A DNA stretch of 39,214 nucleotides, taken from IMG/VR virus record IMGVR_UViG_3300045988_075215; one strand, 5' to 3'. Source of the stretch: a virus. The first letter of the stretch is position 1; each line of letters starts with the position of its first letter. The notes below the pieces were generated by a model. That model made no database searches. It saw only the letters and a program-made list of their open reading frames with translations, and was not told the origin of the DNA. Of the stretch, positions 15,876 to 24,880 are shown piece by piece. The position numbers and the translations under genes were made by a program.

Positions 15876-16256
15876 TTAATGGTTCAGGATGGTTGCTACA
15901 AGGGTATCTTTGTTCATGTTGTTGTACCCCTGGATCTTCATTTCTTTTGCAATCTCTCTCAGTTCCTCAACCTTCAGTTTGCTCAGGGCTGCTTTCTTCT
16001 CTTTTTCAGAGGGAAGTTCCTGCCAGTCATATTTCTTTTCCTGCTGCACTTCGCCAGTGCCTTCCTGAGGCTCCTCAGTGCCCTCAGGAACCGCTTTCAC
16101 GGCTCCATTGGTATCATTCTGAGGCTGTGCTGTTTCTGAAGCATTCTGAGGCACCTGAGAAGGTTCATCTATGAATTTGTATCCTTCGGCAGTTCTTTTT
16201 GCCACCATGCCATCCGGTACGTTTCGGATCACATTATCCTTGATCATGGTTCTCAT
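15876..16256 (-). CDS. Head-associated protein with a Rho-N/SAP-like C-terminal motif
   Basis: C-terminal motif LSKLKVEELREIAKEMKIQGYNNMNKDTLVATI. Confidence 0.5.
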   Translation of the reverse strand: MRTMIKDNVIRNVPDGMVAKRTAEGYKFIDEPSQVPQNASETAQPQNDTNGAVKAVPEGTEEPQEGTGEVQQEKKYDWQELPSEKEKKAALSKLKVEELREIAKEMKIQGYNNMNKDTLVATILNH

Positions 16257-16275
16257 GTGTCATGCCCTCCTTTTT

Positions 16276-17190
16276 TTACTCTGCATCCTTCACATTTGCA
16301 TATACAAATTCCTGCTTGTTGTCCATTGTCCATACATCATGGAATCTTCTATAGTTCATCTTCCATGCGTCTGCATCCTGGTTCTGATCAGGTGTGAAGA
16401 TCTTCATCTTGTCCTGCTTAGTTACTGCAATCGGCACAGTGCGGCCAATAGCAATGAAATTCATCTGCTTTCCTGCCGGTACAAAGCCGCCTTTTTCCTG
16501 GGTGCTTGTTTTTCCATCATACATTGTGATGGCGGTGTGCATACGATCATCCGCAGTCTCAATGAGCAGGGTGTCTGTGTCGATTGCCGGAACCGTTGTA
16601 TCAATTCCTCCCTGCTTAAATGTTGCCGCTCTGAGCTGAGCTGCCAGTTCAAGCTCTAACTCCATAAGGGCATCAGAGGTGATGTGGATCATGATCTGGC
16701 CAACAAAGCCCTTCTTTCTGAGTGCTGCTCTGGCCTTCTTGATCTTCTGAAGCATGGTGCCCTTTGCCGGAGTGTATCCATACTCTACATTTCCCTTTGC
16801 AATGGCCAGGGTGCCAAGTTTGCTCAGGCGGTACGCATCAATCTCCGGGATCACATGAACTCTCTGGAACTCTCCCATGGTAGTTGCCGCTGTGGTCACA
16901 AAATTATTTTCATTCACATCCATGGCATCTAACTGGAACTTTCTTCCTCTGTCCTGCGTCATTTTCAGGGTTTCATACTCCAATGTTACGCTTCCCTGAG
17001 TGTATCCGTTGTCTCTGTCATAGTCTGCCAGGCCATCCAGGGAGATCTTCGGAACCTTTACCTCCGCACCGCCGTTATATACTACCTGGCCGGAATTTGC
17101 ATCCATCCATCCGGTTTTAGCCTCCTGAACCGCAATCTGATCCAAGGTAGTCTGAAAAATTGTTGCTGTTGCTAATGTGTTAATAGCCAT
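16276..17190 (-). CDS. Major capsid protein
   Basis: 304 aa, immediately after the scaffold gene. Its sequence character is typical of Firmicute siphovirus major capsid proteins. Confidence 0.8.
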   Translation of the reverse strand: MAINTLATATIFQTTLDQIAVQEAKTGWMDANSGQVVYNGGAEVKVPKISLDGLADYDRDNGYTQGSVTLEYETLKMTQDRGRKFQLDAMDVNENNFVTTAATTMGEFQRVHVIPEIDAYRLSKLGTLAIAKGNVEYGYTPAKGTMLQKIKKARAALRKKGFVGQIMIHITSDALMELELELAAQLRAATFKQGGIDTTVPAIDTDTLLIETADDRMHTAITMYDGKTSTQEKGGFVPAGKQMNFIAIGRTVPIAVTKQDKMKIFTPDQNQDADAWKMNYRRFHDVWTMDNKQEFVYANVKDAE

Positions 17191-17196
17191 TGTTCG

Positions 17197-17880
17197 TTAT
17201 TCTCCTTTCATTGCTTTCATGATCTGCTGCTCCAATGTGGCCTCATTGCCATCAGGAGCTTTCTTCGGCGGTTTTCCGCCTGCAAGGCGTGTTTCCACCG
17301 CCTTTTCTACCGCTTCCTGGAATGCCTTTCCTACAGCCTCAATGGAGGCCTTGCATTCCTCAGCACTTGCATAGTTCAGTACCTCTGCCAGAGAAGTAGG
17401 AAGGTTTTTCTCTGCAAGCTGCTCAATGGCCGTTGCTTTCAGTTCTCTTTTGGTGATTGCCGTCTCTCTGTCGGTCAATTCCTTCTCCTTCTTTTCCCTT
17501 GCATACTGGGCTTTCTGATCGGCGTTCATTTTTGCCATTTTCTCAGCCTCAGTTCTCTCATTCTCTAACTGAACGGCAAAATCCGCCTGAAGTTTGGTTT
17601 TGTTGGTTTCCAGAGCCTTTGCTATTCTTCGGTCAAACTCGGCCTGATTTTTCGGATTTTTCAGAAAATCATCAAAGCTCACACCCTGATCTCCTTCTCC
17701 GGTCTTTCCTCCATCTCCTGCTCCGTCTTTTCCATCAGCTCCGGCATCTCCTGAGGCACTGCTGCCACCGGCTCCACCGCCGCCCGCTCCTCCTTCTCCG
17801 CCGTCAATATCTACCGGCATCTTGAAATGAGCGTTTCCAAATACTCTGCTTACACCATAATGATTGTTCATATACTTCAT
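17197..17880 (-). CDS. Capsid scaffolding protein
   Basis: Start MKYMNNH is preceded by AGAGGAGG. It has a Gly/Ala-rich N-terminus followed by a long charged helical region (DUF4355-like). Confidence 0.7.
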   Translation of the reverse strand: MKYMNNHYGVSRVFGNAHFKMPVDIDGGEGGAGGGGAGGSSASGDAGADGKDGAGDGGKTGEGDQGVSFDDFLKNPKNQAEFDRRIAKALETNKTKLQADFAVQLENERTEAEKMAKMNADQKAQYAREKKEKELTDRETAITKRELKATAIEQLAEKNLPTSLAEVLNYASAEECKASIEAVGKAFQEAVEKAVETRLAGGKPPKKAPDGNEATLEQQIMKAMKGE

Positions 17881-18032
17881 ATTGTCCTCCTCTATGCCCC
17901 TGCATTGCCCCATAGGCCCCACAGATTCACTTTCTGGTTGATTTATGCAGCCGGTATTGTTTTAGGCCGTCCTGCTGCCTTCTGGCCGACTTTCTAACCC
18001 TCAGCCGGGGAGATAAAAGGATCACCGCCTTT

Positions 18033-18305
18033 CTATTCCACCACTTTCCAATCTTCAGCAAGGCAATCTCCGATAGACGGCACCCACATGGAATGAGAGC
18101 CATCAACATTCTTGATCTGAAGATATGGGTTGCACACAAATGGCTCACCTTCGTTCATTCCCCAGGCTTCCGCTGTCTGTTTGTTGCAAGGAATCCCCTG
18201 AGGGTATCCTTTCTGATACACCACAAACATTCCTCTGCCATTCCATCCTGCTCTTGCCACTTTCTTTCCGCCCTTCAGGGCTTCCAGTGCCTCTCCAAAA
18301 TTCAT
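18033..18305 (-). CDS. DUF2829 family protein (Tad2-like candidate anti-Thoeris sponge)
   Basis: MNFGEALEALKGGKKVARAGWNGRGMFVV…WVPSIGDCLAEDWKVVE matches the DUF2829 N- and C-terminal signatures. Confidence 0.75.
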   Translation of the reverse strand: MNFGEALEALKGGKKVARAGWNGRGMFVVYQKGYPQGIPCNKQTAEAWGMNEGEPFVCNPYLQIKNVDGSHSMWVPSIGDCLAEDWKVVE

Positions 18306-18389
18306 GCTCTGATCCTCCTCTCTTAAAATTTGCATATAAAAAGAGCCATGTGTTTCCACATAGCTCTTGCTGCCGTTTATATTATTCAG

Positions 18390-18590
18390 TTATTTTTTCA
18401 GGAGTTCTATTCCGTCCAGTTCGCTCTCCGCAAACATCCGGATCCCTCCTGCATAGTTGATCCCAATTTCAGGCTCACCGCTTTCTGTAGTTTCAGGCCC
18501 TTCCATCTCCACAACCTTCCCGGAGTATTCCTGGCCATCCGCTGTGAGGATCTTCACCCTCTTGCCCATATATTCACTTTTGATTATCAT
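18390..18590 (-). CDS. 66-aa acidic protein, candidate immunity partner of the MuF toxin domain
   Basis: It starts 3 nt after the MuF gene stop. No motif was recognised. Confidence 0.35.
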   Translation of the reverse strand: MIIKSEYMGKRVKILTADGQEYSGKVVEMEGPETTESGEPEIGINYAGGIRMFAESELDGIELLKK

Positions 18591-18593
18591 GGC

Positions 18594-20126
18594 CTATTCC
18601 CTCCTTGCCGGTATAATATGTACGCCTCCCTTTGAGTATGAAATCATAAAGGCGTTTGTGTCCTCCTCGGTTCCATCAAATTTGTTGATGTACCTCCCTA
18701 TATTATGATCTACCACAATCTTCTCTTTGTTTTGCCACTTCCCATCACTGTTGGAGCGGATGATCCTTCCGGTTCCTGCATATTGGTTCACAAGTTCCTG
18801 GGCCTGCTGCTCCGTGATATAGAGATAGCTCCTGCCTTCTGTATAGTTGTTATGGCTCATCAGGTGCTTTCCCTGCTTGCCTGAGAGGATTGTTTTATTG
18901 GTTTTATCTGATCTCAGCTTTTCACTCAGTTTGGTATCTTTGTACCTTGTTGTGATCTGCTGCCACTTCTCAGGTTCATTATACTTTATATCCTGAAATG
19001 CCGCAAGGCTTTTGCCCGCCTTCTGGCCTATCACATTCTTGTATTTTTCCCATTGCCTCTGATCTGAGCTCTTATTCAGGATCATCTTCTCAGCGGCCTG
19101 GGCCTTTGGGTTATTGGCCACATTCTTCTCATACCACTGCCTATAGTTCATATCTGCCGGAACCAGTTTATTTTCTCCGCTTACCGGATCCCTGGCTCTT
19201 CTCTTCAATCCTGCTGCCACATCCGGCCCAAGGTGTATGATGGTGGTTGATCGGCAAAATGGGTGCATAGGGTTCATGTTCACTCCCTGCTGTGCATCCT
19301 TTGTGTAGAACACTTTTCCATCCAGGCTCCTGCATATCTCTGAGGTTCTCAGATCCAGGACTGCCACAAACTCATATTGCTCCGCACCACATTCCTCATA
19401 GGCTGAGAGCTGCATCTGTCCAGAAACAAAGTTGCTTTCTGTCCTCACCAGTCTCCGGGCCTCAAATGCCCCGGTTGCATATTTATTTGCAATCTCCCTG
19501 GCCATCTCACCCTCTGTCTTTCCGGTGAGCAGGCCAAGAAGCATCTGCTCCTTCACATTATCAGCAACTCCCTGGGTGTTTTTCCATATTCTCTCTGAGT
19601 AGTTTGCACCGCTCCATTTTGAATTGAGCACCATGCTCACAGCTTTTGGATCCACTGCTGAGAATGAAAACTGAAAACCAACTTGCCTCTGCACATTGTA
19701 GATCTCACGGTAATATGAGTTACTGGCCAGATCTGCATAATGCCTGGTTGTGATTTTCTTTTCCTGGTTATACACTTCCTGCATCATTCTGTCTATTTCT
19801 GCCTGAAGCTGTTCCAACCTCTCAATTCTCGCTCTGTATGCCCCGCTCTCCATCTCCGCCAAAAGCCCCGCATTCTTTGGATCTTTGGCCAGGGCTTTCT
19901 TCAGCTCCTCAATGTCTGTTTTATCCCGGAGCGTATTCAGGAGCTTCACAGCCTCATCATCACTCAGGTTGTGTCTGTCTTTGAATTTATCATAAATCTC
20001 ATCAATTCTGTAGTTCAGGCTCCTGGAAGCCTTTGCGTACAGATCAGCAAGCTCCTGGGATACTGCCTCAGCATCTTTCATGTATTCATACATCATCTGA
20101 GCCTGCCGGTTTTCCCAGTATCCCAT
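18594..20126 (-). CDS. Minor head protein (SPP1 gp7/Mu F family) with a C-terminal polymorphic-toxin-like domain
   Basis: MuF core motifs seen: RLVRTESNFVSGQ…LDLRTSEICRSLDGKVF…PMHPFCRST. The extra C-terminal ~105 aa carries GKQGKHLMSHNNY…YAGTG…YSKGGVHIIPARR. Confidence 0.8.
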   Translation of the reverse strand: MGYWENRQAQMMYEYMKDAEAVSQELADLYAKASRSLNYRIDEIYDKFKDRHNLSDDEAVKLLNTLRDKTDIEELKKALAKDPKNAGLLAEMESGAYRARIERLEQLQAEIDRMMQEVYNQEKKITTRHYADLASNSYYREIYNVQRQVGFQFSFSAVDPKAVSMVLNSKWSGANYSERIWKNTQGVADNVKEQMLLGLLTGKTEGEMAREIANKYATGAFEARRLVRTESNFVSGQMQLSAYEECGAEQYEFVAVLDLRTSEICRSLDGKVFYTKDAQQGVNMNPMHPFCRSTTIIHLGPDVAAGLKRRARDPVSGENKLVPADMNYRQWYEKNVANNPKAQAAEKMILNKSSDQRQWEKYKNVIGQKAGKSLAAFQDIKYNEPEKWQQITTRYKDTKLSEKLRSDKTNKTILSGKQGKHLMSHNNYTEGRSYLYITEQQAQELVNQYAGTGRIIRSNSDGKWQNKEKIVVDHNIGRYINKFDGTEEDTNAFMISYSKGGVHIIPARRE

Positions 20127-20131
20127 TCATA

Positions 20132-21601
20132 TCACCTCTTGTCCTTATCCTTGCTCTTTTCTTTGTCCTCTTCCTTTGGAGGTTCGTTCTGCTCTTCCTC
20201 CTCATCATCCGGGATCACATCCTCCTCTTCCTCTGTTTCATCAGGAGGAGTGTTGGCTCCCTGGCTGAAAAGTTCCTGCTGCCGTCTCACATCTTCCTCT
20301 TTCTGTTTCTCAACCTCTTCAATTTCATAATCAGGATCTTCCACAAACGGAAGCAGCTTCAGAAGCGTTCTGGCTGATACGGAATCCTTCAGGCTTTGAA
20401 CAATCTGGGATAATTCCTGAAGGTTTTTAGGAAGTGCCCTGCTGAATGTGGCCACAATGGATCCTGCTTCCATCAGAATTGCTTTCATTTTGAGGAAATT
20501 GCAATAGAGGCGGATCCTCTTTCTCAGGCCCTTCTTGTACTGGCGTTCCTTTACTTTTGTTATCATTTCCAGGCCCAGGAGCTTGTACTCCATGGCCACG
20601 CCGCTCACATTCCCTGCAAAATTCTCATCCATGAAGTTTGGCACATGGCTGAAATTGTAAATATCCTCTTTGATGGCTTTTCTCAGAACTTCTGCTCCGC
20701 TCTCATCCATCTGCCTTGATAAATACTCCGCTTTTGCGTCTGCCGGAAGTTCCAGGAGCTTATTCTCTCTCAGTTGCTTTTGGGCCTCCGTGGTTTCTTC
20801 CTCATCATCCCCCATGAGTGCTCCATACAGAACCAGAACCGCATCTATGAACTGTTCTTTGTCATTGATTCGGTCACTCATCAGGGTATCATAGGCATCT
20901 ATGAGAGAGATCTGCTGCTCAAAGTCTCCTATGCCTTCCTTGTTGTTCAGAAATTCAATGATCTGAGGCTCTCCAAAATAATGCTCTTTCGGTTCTTCCG
21001 TCACCATCTGAGTTGCATCCGTGTTCTCTATGTTGAGCACATAGGTATAATGAGCAGTGCTCACTGTGGCCACATAGATGTAGGTTTCATTTGCATCATT
21101 CTTTTTTCTGTAGTAGTAGATCCCGCAGAGCTCATTCTCCTCAATCGTATCATCTACCACAATGAAGGAGGACACCGGGGAAATATTCTTTGAGAGAGGT
21201 TTTGTTTCTCCCTCTTTCACATACACATATTCATAGGCCAGGCCATAAATACTCATATCCAGAGCGTTATCTGCATCTACATCATCCACATTTGCCTCAT
21301 CAAATGCCGTGAGCAGTGGATCTATATCCGCATCCCCAGTATTGGAATATGTGATTGCATTTCCCATGAAGTATCCGGTTGCCGTGTCGGAAATATCCTT
21401 TGCATGGTTGCAGCTCATTTTGTTGTTCGGCGCATCTTTGTCTCTCTGTCTGTTCTCTATGGCGTGGTGGCCATCATAATAGGCTTTATTCTTGATAAGT
21501 CGGTCAACCATTCCCTCATGCTTTCTCACCAGAGTGAGGATCACATTCTTGTCCAGGTTCCGCTCGTCAAATTTCTCTGCCGGGTATGAAAACCTATACA
21601 C
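20132..21601 (-). CDS. Portal protein (SPP1 gp6-like)
   Basis: 489 aa, between TerL and the MuF gene, with an acidic C-terminal tail. Confidence 0.8.
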   Translation of the reverse strand: MYRFSYPAEKFDERNLDKNVILTLVRKHEGMVDRLIKNKAYYDGHHAIENRQRDKDAPNNKMSCNHAKDISDTATGYFMGNAITYSNTGDADIDPLLTAFDEANVDDVDADNALDMSIYGLAYEYVYVKEGETKPLSKNISPVSSFIVVDDTIEENELCGIYYYRKKNDANETYIYVATVSTAHYTYVLNIENTDATQMVTEEPKEHYFGEPQIIEFLNNKEGIGDFEQQISLIDAYDTLMSDRINDKEQFIDAVLVLYGALMGDDEEETTEAQKQLRENKLLELPADAKAEYLSRQMDESGAEVLRKAIKEDIYNFSHVPNFMDENFAGNVSGVAMEYKLLGLEMITKVKERQYKKGLRKRIRLYCNFLKMKAILMEAGSIVATFSRALPKNLQELSQIVQSLKDSVSARTLLKLLPFVEDPDYEIEEVEKQKEEDVRRQQELFSQGANTPPDETEEEEDVIPDDEEEEQNEPPKEEDKEKSKDKDKR

Positions 21602-21614
21602 TTTTCTCCCTCCT

Positions 21615-22883
21615 TTACCTCAGGCCCCTCTTTGCTTTGTTCCTGATCTTTGCTTTCTTGTTTACCATCTCATCCTCCAAGGCATATCTGGTTGCGTCTA
21701 TGCTGTGGTTGTCCTTGTCCGGGTACGATCCTTTGAAATTGCCGTTTTTATCCCTTTCAAGCTCATAGGTTGAAAATTCCCTGGCCGCATTCGGACAGCG
21801 TACCGGATCAATGATGATCTCATCCAGATCATCACTCAGATAGGCCATTCCAAAATCTACTGAACCAGGGCCTTTCTTTGCTCCATATACTCTGAGCCCC
21901 AACTCATTCATTGCTGCAATGGAGCGGGGCTCTTCGCTATCGGCTGTTATTATGCGGTTCTCAGGGTTCAGCTTCCGGATCTCCTCCACTGCCTTCCTGG
22001 TTTTGAGGTTTACCTGGTAAATCTCAGCAAAAATATACAGCCGCCTTTGTTTTTTATTCAGGTGCATTCTCTCAAATGCCAGAGGATCCGCAGCAAATCC
22101 AAAGTCAAGCCCCTGCTTGATTTTGTCAAATATTGCAATCTCCTCATCTGTGATCTCTCTCAGGATCACATTATCAAATACTTTTCCGCCGGTGCCTATT
22201 GCCTCACCCAGGTATTCATGCCGGTATGCAAGCCTCTTTCTTTTCTTCAGTTCCTCTGCCTCTATAAAGAACTGTTCTCCAAGCCACTCCCTCGGCACCG
22301 TCAAATAGGTGGAGTGGCTGCACAATGTATCCTCTCTCTCCTGAAGCACATCCTGGTTCACCCATGAGTTCAGGCTCTTTGGCGGGTTCCAGGTGTAAAA
22401 TACCACATATTTATCACCGCCACGCATGAGGGATTGGTTGATTTTTCTCTCATCCTCATCTCCCTCAAATTCTGCTCTTTCCTCATACCAGATGTATTTG
22501 AAATAGCCATGCCTCAGTTTTATTGATTTTGACTTGTTTGGATCATCACATCCTCTGAACACGATCCTCTGCCCTGTCGGCTTATAGGTCAGCCTCAGAG
22601 GTGATATACTCGGCTTCCATAGGTGTGCAACTCCCAGGGCATCTATAGCCCACAAGAGCTGTTCAAACACGCTCTCTGCCAATGTGTTTCCTACCCGCCT
22701 GAAGCAGGCAGCATTGGCATCCGGATCCTCCATCATCCCCATGATGATCTCTATGCTCACAAATGAGCTTTTTGTTGATCCTCTTCCTCCATACAGTTTA
22801 TAGTGGGTGTGTCTGCCCTCTATAATATCCCAATGAATATCATAGAACTGAGGCGCAATCAGCTCAGAGAGCCTAACCTCCAT
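21615..22883 (-). CDS. terL: Terminase large subunit (PBSX-type)
   Basis: Walker A motif YGGRGSTKS. Length and position fit TerL. Confidence 0.85.
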   Translation of the reverse strand: MEVRLSELIAPQFYDIHWDIIEGRHTHYKLYGGRGSTKSSFVSIEIIMGMMEDPDANAACFRRVGNTLAESVFEQLLWAIDALGVAHLWKPSISPLRLTYKPTGQRIVFRGCDDPNKSKSIKLRHGYFKYIWYEERAEFEGDEDERKINQSLMRGGDKYVVFYTWNPPKSLNSWVNQDVLQEREDTLCSHSTYLTVPREWLGEQFFIEAEELKKRKRLAYRHEYLGEAIGTGGKVFDNVILREITDEEIAIFDKIKQGLDFGFAADPLAFERMHLNKKQRRLYIFAEIYQVNLKTRKAVEEIRKLNPENRIITADSEEPRSIAAMNELGLRVYGAKKGPGSVDFGMAYLSDDLDEIIIDPVRCPNAAREFSTYELERDKNGNFKGSYPDKDNHSIDATRYALEDEMVNKKAKIRNKAKRGLR

Positions 22884-23325
22884 CTTTCTTCTCCCTCGGA
22901 ATATCGTTTATGATCGTTACTCCCTCGACTTTGCCGGAAATCTCCTGCTTATCCACAAATAGCCGGTATCTTTTCCCCAGGAGCTCTGCCGCCTTCGTTC
23001 TGTCCTGAAGTGACGGATCCAGATCAAATTGATCCTTTACCTCTCCCCTCATCACGGAAGTGAGATACCTCAGCACCTCGGAAGCGTCTGCAATCCTCGC
23101 CTCTTCCAATTCTGCAAGCCTCAGATCTATATATTCTTTTATGTATGGTTTTGTCATGTTTTCGCTTCCGGTTGTTCTTGCGGTCTTTTTTGAATAACCG
23201 GCCAGAATTGCGGCCTCCGTCTGATTGAGTGTCTCCACATAAAAATCACAGAATGCTTTCTGCTTTTCACTCATCTGTGCGGCAAGCTCATCCATTCTCT
23301 CCTTCTGCTGTGGATCCATCCTCAT
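22873..23325 (-). CDS. terS: Terminase small subunit
   Basis: KQKAFCDFYVETLNQTEAAILAGYSKKTARTTGSENMTKP is the Terminase_2-type HTH signature. Confidence 0.8.
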   Translation of the reverse strand: MRMDPQQKERMDELAAQMSEKQKAFCDFYVETLNQTEAAILAGYSKKTARTTGSENMTKPYIKEYIDLRLAELEEARIADASEVLRYLTSVMRGEVKDQFDLDPSLQDRTKAAELLGKRYRLFVDKQEISGKVEGVTIINDIPREKKDGG

Positions 23326-23542
23326 TCACTTCCTTCCACCGCTCCGCCAAGTATTTCAGCAACTTCACCTTGCTATAAAATGCTTCGCCGTCTCTGTTTG
23401 GGTGTTCTTCCCATAATATCAACCTTGTGCATATTCTCTCCTGCTTTTCTGAATAATATTGCTGAGTGTTGATTTTGTATACAATCCCCTTCATGCTCAG
23501 GGCAAGCAGTAGTTTGTTGATTTTGGTTTGAATATTTTGCAT
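23288..23542 (-). CDS. Hypothetical protein, first gene of the late operon
   Basis: Start MQNIQTK is preceded by AAGGAGG plus 7 nt. Confidence 0.5.
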   Translation of the reverse strand: MQNIQTKINKLLLALSMKGIVYKINTQQYYSEKQERICTRLILWEEHPNRDGEAFYSKVKLLKYLAERWKEVNEDGSTAEGENG

Positions 23543-23564
23543 CTTTATCCCTCCTTTGCACAAC

Positions 23565-23596
23565 AAAAAGGCACCTCGCTATGAGATGCCCTTTTT
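23565..23596 (-). terminator. Intrinsic terminator-like hairpin between the late regulator and the first late gene
   Basis: An 8-bp stem (23570-23577/23583-23590; one G-U pair on the minus strand) is flanked by an A-run and a T-run. The minus-strand U-tract is the complement of 23565-23569. Confidence 0.6.
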
Positions 23597-23680
23597 CAGG
23601 ATTCAATTATGATAGGGATAAGCTAACAAATTTTCACCTGATACAATCATAACATAAAAAAATGGGAATTGTGGGAAAGT

Positions 23681-24118
23681 TTAATTTTCCCCGCCATTTT
23701 CTCTCAGATACTTTGACACGGCTTTCTCTGCCGTTGTCCGGTCACAATGGAAGATCTGCCCTATCTTCTCCCAGGTGTATCCATCTATGTATCTGTATTC
23801 CACCATTCTCCGGATCTTGCTCTGTGGTATGGAGTTGATGAATGCTGTGATCCTGGTTTCCAGTTCTGCTGCCTGGTTCCTCCTTTTCTCCAATAGCATT
23901 CTCTTATTCATGATCTGTGCTCTGGTGTTTTTATCCGCCACCACATCAAAACCGGTGATCTTCACTGAGGTTGGCGTGTACGGAAAATCTTTCATTGATG
24001 CCTGCACCTTGTCGGAAACAATCCTGCTGCCTCGGCTGCTCAGTTTGGCTATTTTCGTTTCAATCTCAGCGATCTCTTCCCTCAGATCGCAAAGCTGCTG
24101 CAAATCTTCCTTTGTCAC
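23681..24118 (-). CDS. Putative late-gene transcriptional regulator (sigma-70 region-4-like HTH; ArpU/RinA/DUF1492-like)
   Basis: C-terminal motif IRRMVEYRYIDGYTWEKIGQIFHCDRTTAEKAVSKYL. It lies immediately upstream of the packaging genes. Confidence 0.5.
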   Translation of the reverse strand: MTKEDLQQLCDLREEIAEIETKIAKLSSRGSRIVSDKVQASMKDFPYTPTSVKITGFDVVADKNTRAQIMNKRMLLEKRRNQAAELETRITAFINSIPQSKIRRMVEYRYIDGYTWEKIGQIFHCDRTTAEKAVSKYLRENGGEN

Positions 24119-24130
24119 CCATCACACCTC

Positions 24131-24541
24131 CTAATTGAACGGAAGGCCGGTATCATACCCCTCAGGAATATCCATGAAGCCATCTCCTGCTTCCGCCTGG
24201 CCGCTCTGCTTACTGTCGCAGAATGTAAAGTTTTCACAGATAAATTCTGTATAATACACCTTGTTTCCATTCTTGTCTGTATAGGAGCCTGCCTCTGCCC
24301 TGGAAGATACACCTATCTTCATGCCTTTCTTCAGGTACTTCTCAGCAAATTCTCCTCTCGCCCCTAACGCCTTGAACGCCAGGAAGTCTGCTCCCTGGTT
24401 TTTTGTTGCTCTGTCTACTGCCAGGGTGAACCTTGCCACGCACAGCGGTTTCTCTCCCTGGGTATATCTCACCTCCGGATCCCTGGTGAGCCTGCCTATA
24501 AAATTACAGTTATTCACACTTTTGCCTCCTTTGCGTTCCAT
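24131..24541 (-). CDS. ssb: Single-stranded DNA-binding protein
   Basis: OB-fold signature NFIGRLTRDPEVRYT…ARFTLAV, with an acidic C-terminal tail ending GLPFN. Confidence 0.85.
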   Translation of the reverse strand: MERKGGKSVNNCNFIGRLTRDPEVRYTQGEKPLCVARFTLAVDRATKNQGADFLAFKALGARGEFAEKYLKKGMKIGVSSRAEAGSYTDKNGNKVYYTEFICENFTFCDSKQSGQAEAGDGFMDIPEGYDTGLPFN

Positions 24542-24876
24542 GGTCTGAAGTTCACAATCTTCTCAACCAGGCTCTTTGCATTTCCATCAAAACAGATGGC
24601 TCTATCATCCACAATGCACACCGCAGCCGGTTTATTGTTTGTCACCATATCCACCTCAATTCCATTTTTCTGAAGGAAATTGTTGATTGCATGGAAGCCT
24701 TCCTCTGTGTTTGCCCTGGATGATACAATAACCACCTCATAGCCTGCTGCCCTCAGTGCCTCAATGCTTTCTTTTATGCCCGGCACCGGCGGATCCGGCA
24801 CAACTGCTGCTCCCTGCCACCCGCTTTCATAGCTGTGGATCACTCCGTCAAAATCAAATGCCACTGTTTTCTTCAT
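24514..24876 (-). CDS. HAD-superfamily phosphatase-like protein
   Basis: N-terminal FDFDGVIH (DxDG motif I), followed by IVSSR and a late DD. Confidence 0.6.
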   Translation of the reverse strand: MKKTVAFDFDGVIHSYESGWQGAAVVPDPPVPGIKESIEALRAAGYEVVIVSSRANTEEGFHAINNFLQKNGIEVDMVTNNKPAAVCIVDDRAICFDGNAKSLVEKIVNFRPWNAKEAKV

Positions 24877-24880
24877 CTGT

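Noticed and set aside
17881-18032. 152-bp gap between the DUF2829 gene and the scaffold gene, examined for a terminator, promoter or ncRNA
   Set aside because: I found only short G-rich direct repeats (ggggc at roughly 10-nt spacing) and no convincing hairpin with U-tract or promoter hexamers. It is treated as a plain intergenic boundary.
17927-18148. 73-aa minus-strand ORF overlapping the 3' end of the DUF2829 gene
   Set aside because: It is out of frame with and overlaps a well-supported gene, has an odd basic composition and lacks an RBS.
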